A stretch of DNA of 64,000 bases, from the IMG/VR virus record IMGVR_UViG_3300010965_000001, positions 146,563 through 210,562 of that record; one strand, written 5' to 3'. Under the pieces are notes generated by a model. That model ran no database searches. It was not told the DNA's origin and was given only the letters and a program-made list of their open reading frames with translations. The translations under genes and the position numbers were made by a program. Below are positions 37,495 to 43,984 of this stretch, in pieces (positions within the stretch are counted from its first letter, which is position 1; every line of letters begins with the position of its first letter). Source of the stretch: a virus (Duplodnaviria; Caudoviricetes).

Positions 37495-37574
37495 TAGACT
37501 TGATAGGATTTGAACCTACATTTTCAGCTCCAGTTACGATTAAATGTTTCGAAGACATACTCGGCTACAAGTCC
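37495..37574 (-). tRNA. Rewired tRNA-Arg(UCG)
   Basis: GGACTTG/CAAGTCT-A; ATGT-CTTCGAA-ACAT; TAACTGGA after the anticodon arm; canonical T arm. Confidence 0.78.
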
Positions 37575-37586
37575 ATATAAAATTAA

Positions 37587-37785
37587 ACCCAATTGATGCC
37601 GTATTCATCTCTGCGGGGTTGCAATGCCTTACGTAAAGAATGTCTGATAGCACCATCGCCTTTACTACCAAACTGCTCTCGGCTACTGAACTATAAAACC
37701 GTCAACCTACACATTAAAGTGCCCAGCCTCCCGATAACGATTATGTGATGACCAGGAATCGTTAGTTCATTTACATCTCTTGGGT
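37587..37785 (-). ncRNA. Unassigned structured RNA, ~200 nt
   Basis: ACCCAA/TTGGGT, GATG/CATC, TGAACTA/TAGTTCA, AACGATT/AATCGTT. Confidence 0.5.
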
Positions 37786-37789
37786 ATTG

Positions 37790-37860
37790 AGCATCGTATC
37801 GGTTACGCTCCGATTTTTGTAACTTGGCAAGTTACCATTCTACTATTAAATTAACGATGC
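37790..37860 (-). tRNA. tRNA-Gly(GCC) lacking D-loop GG and T-loop TTC
   Basis: GTAAC-TTGCCAA-GTTAC; D loop AATAGTA; T loop AGCGTAA; all stems intact. Confidence 0.75.
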
Positions 37861-37914
37861 ATTTGTGATTCGAAAATTAAAATTCATTATACTTATACAT
37901 ATAAGGAGAATACT

Positions 37915-38514
37915 ATGAAAATACCAATTATATGTGATTATTGTGGAAATCCGTCAACAAAATTAAAATATAGCATTACACGATATAAAAATCATTTCTG
38001 CTCCAATACCTGTGCTTCCATGTTTCATAGGAATAAAATTGAAGTAGAATGTAAATTTTGTGGAAATAAATTTCTAAAATTTGCAAATCAACTAAAAAAA
38101 CATCCAAACAGTTTTTGTAATAAATCATGTGCTGCTAAATACAACAACACACATAAAACACATGGGTCATCTCGTTCTAAACTTGAAGTGTGGTTGGAAA
38201 ACGAACTTATTACATTATATCCAACTTTGGATTTTCATTTCAATCGTAAAGATGCCATCAATTCTGAACTCGACATTTATATTCCATCGTTAAAACTTGC
38301 ATTTGAACTAAATGGAATCTTTCATTTTGAACCAATTTTTAGTGAATCTGGGTTAAAGCGAACCAAAGAAAACGATTCAAAAAAATTTAAATTATGCCAT
38401 GACAATGGAATCAGTTTATGTGTAATCGACACTTCAAAACAAAAATATTTTAAAGAACAAACTTCATTACAATATCTAAAAATAATTACAGATATTATTA
38501 ATATGAAAGTTTAA
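37915..38514 (+). mobile_element. Free-standing Vsr/DUF559-like endonuclease (copy 2)
   Basis: Paralog of 27430-28056 (ELDIYIPSLKLAFELNGIFH; DTSKQKYFKEQTSLQYLKIITDII identical); shared 32-bp upstream sequence. Confidence 0.7.
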
Positions 38515-38519
38515 ATATT

Positions 38520-38590
38520 TGCGGTGTGTTGTCATTTACACTATTAATTCCGATTTCGAAATTAAATTGAATTTGAGCCAATATCTCCGC
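38520..38590 (-). pseudogene. Possible decayed tRNA-Ser
   Basis: Starts GCGGAG, ends CCGC, contains TTCGAAA; other stems lost. Confidence 0.25.
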
Positions 38591-38735
38591 ATTTACAACT
38601 AAATTGTGTCCGTATGCTATCCAGTACATCACGATTTTCAATCTATCATTTAGGTGCTCATGCATTAGCACAGTAATGGATTTCACGTTGTTCTGAAAAT
38701 CGAGAGGAATCGAACCTCTTCAACGGACTGTTATT

Positions 38736-38764
38736 AATATACAAAATCTTTTTATCAATGTCAA
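38736..38764 (-). promoter_or_regulatory. Sigma70-type promoter
   Basis: TTGACA-N17-TATATT; followed by an isolated T arm (AGAGG-TTCGATT-CCTCT, about 38703-38719). Confidence 0.8.
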
Positions 38765-38815
38765 CAACTTATTCTGTGATTAAATTGGAGTCGAAATTTA
38801 ATTTCCAGATACTTG

Positions 38816-38888
38816 TGCGACAGACTTGAGTTGAACAAGTTCCTGTGGTTTTTCAGACCACCGTGCATACCACCTACACCACTCTCGC
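38816..38888 (-). tRNA. tRNA-Phe(GAA)
   Basis: GTGGT-CTGAAAA-ACCAC. Confidence 0.88.
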
Positions 38889-39096
38889 ATAAAAACGTAG
38901 GAATCACGGGTTGTACATGCACGGGTATTTCACTCCCCACTATTTCCCGTTGCCCAGTTTAATTGCAACCTATTATATTCACTGTTCGTATACTCTTCTT
39001 GCCGCTAAGCAAGTACCCTCTACTTTAAAATGTATTCGTGAATATCCACTTTACCATACATTGGGATTTTCGTGTTTTAATAGGTATACAGTATAT

Positions 39097-39387
39097 CTAT
39101 AAAATCTCTACTACCTTTCCATACACACTGCGTGTCCATCCATTTATACCACCTCTGTTATTTCCAATCAAACAACCTTTGTGTAAGTCCGTTGCTTTAA
39201 CTAAGTGCGTATAATAATTTCCATGAACTTTGCAATATACAATGTCTCCAGTCTTAACTTCTAAGAATGTTACAGGAGCGAGTTTATGCTCTTGACCAGA
39301 CTTAATTAGTGGAACCATTGAATTACCTTTTTCACTGGTGATAAACGTCTCACCATTTTGTAACTTCTCTAATTTGTAGTTTCTCAT
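39097..39387 (-). CDS. S24/S26 peptidase-like protein
   Basis: KGNSMVPLIKSG, GDIVYCKVHG...HLVK. Confidence 0.7.
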   Translation of the reverse strand: MRNYKLEKLQNGETFITSEKGNSMVPLIKSGQEHKLAPVTFLEVKTGDIVYCKVHGNYYTHLVKATDLHKGCLIGNNRGGINGWTRSVYGKVVEIL

Positions 39388-39389
39388 AG

Positions 39390-39471
39390 TGCAGTTACAG
39401 AGACTCGAACTCTGACGGATTACTCCACGGGCTTCTTAGACCCGCATGTTTACCAATTACATCATAACTGC
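39390..39471 (-). tRNA. tRNA-Leu(AAG)
   Basis: CGGGT-CTAAGAA-GCCCG; V arm. Confidence 0.9.
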
Positions 39472-39480
39472 GTTTTGTTG

Positions 39481-39563
39481 TGTATCGCCAGGGAATCGAA
39501 CCCCGCGTGTCCTTCCGAACGGGTGGGTTACAGCCACCTGCCACACCTTGTAGCCTGCGATAC
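39481..39563 (-). tRNA. tRNA-Tyr(GUA)
   Basis: GGTGG-CTGTAAC-CCACC; V arm. Confidence 0.88.
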
Positions 39564-39575
39564 ATATTATTACTT

Positions 39576-39647
39576 GACATCCAGAGAGCCTTGAACTCTC
39601 ATTCCCCACTGAAATGTGAGTTCTTAGTCCGTTTAGAAGATAGATGT
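39576..39647 (-). tRNA. tRNA-like RNA with 6-nt anticodon loop (Glu-like)
   Basis: ACATCTA/TGGATGT; CTCAC-ATTTCA-GTGGG; GAGAG-TTCAAGG-CTCTC. Confidence 0.65.
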
Positions 39648-39684
39648 TCCGTGTTATTCACCTGCCCGATGAGGTAACACATTC

Positions 39685-39915
39685 TTAGAATCTTGAAGTA
39701 TATCTCATTGTTTCTGTTTCGATAGCCTTCTTAATCCATTTCATAAAATAAATTGCTTTTTCATCACGAAGGAGAACACCAGTTCCAACTTCTTCAATTG
39801 GAATAGGAAATTCATACATATCATTCTCAACCGAAATTGAGTAATACACTTTTCCTTCTTGATAAAAGGAAAATTGTGCCGTGTTGTTTTCTATAATTTG
39901 TTTAATTGTATGCAT
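39685..39915 (-). CDS. Conserved phage hypothetical protein
   Basis: 76 aa from MHTIKQ; G..YY...FPIPI.EVG.G.LL..EKAIYFMKWI. Confidence 0.65.
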   Translation of the reverse strand: MHTIKQIIENNTAQFSFYQEGKVYYSISVENDMYEFPIPIEEVGTGVLLRDEKAIYFMKWIKKAIETETMRYTSRF

Positions 39916-39933
39916 TGTTTTTCTTTCTGTTTG

Positions 39934-40011
39934 TAGGAAGAGATGGATTCGAACCATCAGTCTCCGAGTCAATGATTCCCCGGCGTTTTGCGCTTATTAA
40001 ACTATCTGCCT
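39934..40011 (-). tRNA. tRNA-like RNA with 10-nt anticodon loop (Trp-like body)
   Basis: AGGCAGA/TCTTCCT; CCGGG-GAATCATTGA-CTCGG; canonical T arm. Confidence 0.65.
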
Positions 40012-40017
40012 ATGTTG

Positions 40018-40088
40018 CGCGTCCTACAGGAGTCGAACCCGTGTGAGGAGATTTGGAGTTTCCCATGTTTCCGTTACATCAAGGACGC
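40018..40088 (-). tRNA. tRNA-Trp(CCA)
   Basis: Loop CTCCAAA; G73. Confidence 0.9.
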
Positions 40089-40429
40089 ATTTTTACGTGA
40101 CGTATTTTATGACAATTTGCACAAATTAAATCACATTTTTCAATTTCAGTGTTAAAATATGTTTTACCACTATGAATTGCACCAGACACGGACGATAATT
40201 TTTTAGACGGCTCTCTGTGATGGAACTCTGCAATTTCTGGATGCTCATTAAATGATACATTACAGTCCATACAAAATTGTGTTTTTTTCCATTCTATTAA
40301 TTCTTCTTTTTTCTTTCGTCTGACATCTAACTGCGAATCAATTTGATGTTTTTTATTGCGGTAATACCAATCTCTACGGTATTGTCGCATTTTATCTATA
40401 TTTTCTTCTTTCCATTCTAATGTCGCCAT
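40079..40429 (-). mobile_element. Free-standing HNH endonuclease
   Basis: CMDC...EFHHREP...EKCDLICANCHKIRH; GGAG RBS; stop inside tRNA-Trp. Confidence 0.8.
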
Positions 40430-40551
40430 GATATTCTCCATTTGTTTAACCACTATATATAAATAGTAGTATCCAAATGGAAAGTTGTGTTTGGAGACAT
40501 TATTTGTTAATAAATTTTGGATGCTGTTTTACCATTGCCACTACAAAAAGT

Positions 40552-40636
40552 CGTTAGACAATCTGGTGGGAGTCGAACCCACAACTTCATCCTTGTTAAA
40601 TCCTGCCATATGTCCTATCCGTTAGACGATGTTACC
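40552..40636 (-). pseudogene. Degenerate tRNA
   Basis: D arm and T arm intact; anticodon and acceptor stems unpaired. Confidence 0.5.
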
Positions 40637-40641
40637 CCGAA

Positions 40642-40719
40642 GGGCACCACTGGGATTCGAACCCAGATTTTCCAGCCTGTTAAACACGTAGAGTGCTCTG
40701 ACCACTGAGCTACCGTGCC
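40642..40719 (-). pseudogene. tRNA-like gene lacking an anticodon stem
   Basis: GGCACGG/TGGTGCC, canonical D and T arms, no anticodon pairing. Confidence 0.6.
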
Positions 40720-40726
40720 GTCTTTT

Positions 40727-40770
40727 GAACGAACACAGGTGGGATTCGAACCCACGACCTCTCTACTCCT
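40727..40770 (-). pseudogene. Isolated tRNA 3' half
   Basis: GTGGG-TTCGAAT-CCCAC with no 5' half. Confidence 0.45.
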
Positions 40771-40779
40771 TTTCTTAAA

Positions 40780-40869
40780 TGGGGTGACGAGTGGAATTTG
40801 AATCCACGATAGGGTATTATCCCAACGAGGGCCACAACCTCGCGCAATTGACCGCTCTGCCATCGTCAC
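40780..40869 (-). tRNA. tRNA-His(GUG) with long variable arm
   Basis: CGAGG-TTGTGGC-CCTCG; V arm GGG-ATAATA-CCC; C73; encoded CCA; no genomic G-1. Confidence 0.85.
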
Positions 40870-40871
40870 AG

Positions 40872-40948
40872 CGGTCTGTACGGAGAATGATTCCGTCTGT
40901 TTCTCTTCATTGACAGTGAAGCGTCCACACCAAGCAGACCCACAGACC
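40872..40948 (-). tRNA. tRNA-Asp(GUC), atypical T loop
   Basis: CTTCA-CTGTCAA-TGAAG; G73; T loop ATCATTC. Confidence 0.82.
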
Positions 40949-40959
40949 ATATTTATTTC

Positions 40960-41274
40960 TTATTCAATGTATTTATAAAGTGGTAAAAATTTCACGAACT
41001 TTGGAAAATTTTCTCTTGGTAAAAGAACACACGCTACTTCTTGATTACCAAGAGAACTTTCCGTAATTATAACAGACCGTTCAAGATTTTTACATTGTTC
41101 AAATGCTTCGTTAGAAACTTTACATACGACTTTTTTGAACGAATTCTGCATCCATTCGATGACTTCTGCATCTTCTTTATTCTTGTGGTATGCCGACAAT
41201 GCCGCATGCGCGCATACAACAGGAACATAATTTGAAGGAACGTCATCTCTAACTACAATATACATTTTAGACAT
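40960..41274 (-). CDS. Peptidyl-tRNA hydrolase, PTH2-like
   Basis: KMYIVVR.D....V.CAHA, W....FKKVVCKV. Confidence 0.72.
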   Translation of the reverse strand: MSKMYIVVRDDVPSNYVPVVCAHAALSAYHKNKEDAEVIEWMQNSFKKVVCKVSNEAFEQCKNLERSVIITESSLGNQEVACVLLPRENFPKFVKFLPLYKYIE

Positions 41275-42071
41275 TATTGTTTCTTTCGTTTACCAATATC
41301 TTTAACAACCGCTTTCGTATGGAACTTCCTAATGTCAACATCTTGATGACCCTTGAGAAATTCTACAATCCCTTTTAATACACCTACCAACGATTGAACG
41401 TCTGCGATTGCCGAATGCCAATTATCAACATTGACTTCAAGTGCGGTTGATAATTGACCAAGATTAGAATTAATTCTACCGTTTCTTGTCAATGCTCCCA
41501 ACATTTTTGTTATACCTTCATCACCAGACTTTTCTAATGACTGTAATGCCGGGGCGAAATACAACTGTGCAATTTTCAAAGAATCAAGAACTCTAAATCG
41601 GTTCATTCGTATTCCATAGTGTTGCCCACGTTGGTTGATATATTTCATATCAAATGATGCGTTGTGAGCGATTAATAATGGATTCTCAAATGTTCCTAAC
41701 CAACCATTAAACTCTTGTAAAACTTGTTGTTCACCTTTGAATTTTGCGTGACGTTCACCATACTTCGTCATCTTCATAATGTCACGCATCTTCATCGAAC
41801 CTTTTTTCGGAGGTTCTGTATCTTGAACCTTCATCTTTGCCTGTGCGTCTTTTCTAAGACTTACTTTTTCATGGAAGATACCAACTTGTTCAAAGGTAGT
41901 TCCATCAAATGCGATTGCGGCAACTTCTGTTACTTGTGTATCAAGATTTTGCGGTTTCAATCCAAGTGTTTCTGTGTCAAAGAATATTAACGTCTGTCCT
42001 TCGAACGCCAAAAACTTTTCTAATACTTCCTTGATTGATAGTCCGTATATCTTTTTTTCCTGTAATTTCAT
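41274..42071 (-). CDS. DEDDh 3'-5' exonuclease (DnaQ/RNase T-like)
   Basis: FFDTETLG, AHNASFD, HSAIAD. Confidence 0.88.
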   Translation of the reverse strand: MKLQEKKIYGLSIKEVLEKFLAFEGQTLIFFDTETLGLKPQNLDTQVTEVAAIAFDGTTFEQVGIFHEKVSLRKDAQAKMKVQDTEPPKKGSMKMRDIMKMTKYGERHAKFKGEQQVLQEFNGWLGTFENPLLIAHNASFDMKYINQRGQHYGIRMNRFRVLDSLKIAQLYFAPALQSLEKSGDEGITKMLGALTRNGRINSNLGQLSTALEVNVDNWHSAIADVQSLVGVLKGIVEFLKGHQDVDIRKFHTKAVVKDIGKRKKQ

Positions 42072-42302
42072 TTGATTCTCCCATTAGTGTATATATAAAT
42101 ATGAGTGAATCAAAGTAAAACTATTATAAACGGAGCCGATGGGCGGGAATTTTAGTGTCCCGAACATACCGATGTAACATATCCCATCAAAAGGGATATT
42201 GCATGCGGATTCTTGTGCCTCATCGGCAAATTGAGGTTCTTTGTAAATTTTCGATTTCTGGTTCATGCACCTAAGTGAAATGTACGATTTACAAGAAACT
42301 TG

Positions 42303-42378
42303 TGGAAGATAAGGGATTTGAACCCTTCTGAAATCCTCATTGCAAGTGAGGTGTCCACCCCGAGCAGACCCATCCCCC
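42303..42378 (-). tRNA. tRNA-Ala(UGC)
   Basis: G3:U70; CCTCA-CTTGCAA-TGAGG. Confidence 0.9.
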
Positions 42379-42412
42379 AAGTTTATTTCTATTTTAAAGT
42401 AATTGGATTTTT

Positions 42413-42611
42413 GCGACATCAGAGTTATCGTCGCCCCACTTTTTACAACACCAACTACTTTTTTGCTTTGGTGTTACGCCAGTGGGGCTTGATAAAATTC
42501 AGGTGTATTACCGTTCGCAAACATGACTCCACTATCAGCAATGGATGCCGACTGCCATGAGCGTTTTGATTCGGTATGTAAATTCGTCTTTTTCACGATA
42601 ATCACCTTGAA
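42413..42611 (-). ncRNA. Unassigned structured RNA with its own promoter
   Basis: TTCAAGGTG/CACCTGAA, GCCCCACT/AGTGGGGC, AACACCA/TGGTGTT, GCGAC/GTCGC; TTGACG-N16-TATACT at 42640-42667. Confidence 0.5.
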
Positions 42612-42667
42612 TGAATTTGTTGTTTGTGTATATAATATAAGTATAAAGAAAAAAAATAAAACGTCAA

Positions 42668-42829
42668 TTATTTTACAACTTCCTTGACTTTTTTAATGTC
42701 ACGAACTGTCACCTTCCAGTCCCGCTTGGGAACGTAGATGTGCGTCTTGTCGAGTGTGACGCGGTGTTCTGCGGTATAATCCGAAACCTTAGTGATTTCG
42801 TTTGTTTCAATGGATTTAATGCACTTCAT
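42668..42829 (-). CDS. Small hypothetical protein
   Basis: 53 aa from MKCIKSIET; GGAG RBS. Confidence 0.6.
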   Translation of the reverse strand: MKCIKSIETNEITKVSDYTAEHRVTLDKTHIYVPKRDWKVTVRDIKKVKEVVK

Positions 42830-42955
42830 AATTGAATCTCCGTGATTAATGGTTGACAACTTTTTGAGATGAATAGAATTAACAACTTGTAAACTACTTG
42901 TAAACAATATAGGTATTGCTCCTATCAAGTGCTCATTGCAATTGTTTATAAAAAA

Positions 42956-43815
42956 TTAAAAGGTTGAGAGATTACACCTTCTACGCATTTCCTTTTCGTA
43001 GATTATAGTGACCTTGCGGGTCAGTTTCCTACTTTCTCCACCAGCGTTCAGCTCGAGTAGAAATGCATGACTTCCGTTGTTTTTAACGGTGACGGTACCG
43101 ATATGTATGAGCCTACTCAATCCTTGTCAATTCTCCCTGCCTTGCGAGCAGTTAATCCTTGCGGGGAATAGATGCAGACTTGAATTAAATTCCTACGCCT
43201 TGCGGGTTTCAGAACTCTCCATTCCTTTCGGTGGAGATTTAAGCCATTTTTGTTCTCATACATGACCACGACTTTGCTGTTTTTAATTGTCTTGGGATTT
43301 GAACCCAATCTTTAGTTCCATATACTAACGCTCAACCATTTGAGCTAAGACTGTGCAACTCACAAAAGACGTGCGTGGTCAGTGGTTCCATTCTCTTTTG
43401 GAAAACGATATGCCACACGCCCTGTATCTTTCGTCTGCTCGACTACTCAACGGATTTTCAAGATTTTGGTGCTTATGGAACAACCACACCAACACCAACC
43501 TCTTTCAATCTAAATAGAAGCCCTTATTTTGCATCACTCGGACAACTACTCTCCCCTTCATTTCTCGTTCATCGTCTCGTTTGGTATCTGCTTACTCGGC
43601 ACCACCCGCTAGTCCAGTCCTACGGAGTTACCCTCGGTCTGTTCGCAGCGAAACTTCTGACATACTTCCAGCAGGATTAGTGGCTGAAAGACTCCGAAAC
43701 TCGGTTTGCATAAGTGACCAATTGAGATTGGCGACGCCCTGTGAGCGGGTTAAGTCTTTTACCATATTACTACGGCTTATCTTCTCCCTTGCGGGAATGG
43801 ATGTCATACCACCCA
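42956..43815 (-). ncRNA. Large ornate ncRNA, GOLLD-like (~860 nt), with embedded tRNA-like module
   Basis: GC-richer, no credible CDS, five cGCAAg tetraloop hairpins, tandem promoters upstream, T-run end, flanks the tRNA array; family inferred from size and context only. Confidence 0.6.
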
Positions 43816-43844
43816 TTTTAAACTTTATAATTCAAAGAACAATT

Positions 43845-43984
43845 TTGTTTCAACTTGATGTATTAAATATACAAAACTTTTATTACAATGTCAAGCCTTA
43901 TTTCAAAATTCTTTTATTTCTTTTTCGTTACGACTTGTTTCAACTTGATGTATTAAATATACAAACTTTTTATTACAATGTCAA
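43845..43984 (-). repeat. Duplicated 50-bp promoter unit (90-bp period)
   Basis: 43845-43894 and 43935-43984 nearly identical; each carries TTGACA-N17-TATATT. Confidence 0.85.

Noticed and set aside
39934-40011. Selenocysteine tRNA
   Set aside because: UCA is present, but there is no extended acceptor stem, long variable arm or 7-nt loop.
40552-40719. Ochre suppressors (TTTAAC loops)
   Set aside because: No stem closes the putative loops in either gene.
26944-40950. Track ORFs that start inside or consist of tRNA genes (e.g. 26944-27360, 32697-33299, 36447-36794, 37220-37558, 39395-39580, 40615-40950)
   Set aside because: The N-termini are translated tRNA sequence; starts were moved to downstream RBS-supported ATGs or the ORF was dropped.
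43845-43984. Direct repeats as a CRISPR array
   Set aside because: Only two copies, each a complete promoter; no cas genes or spacer series in the window.
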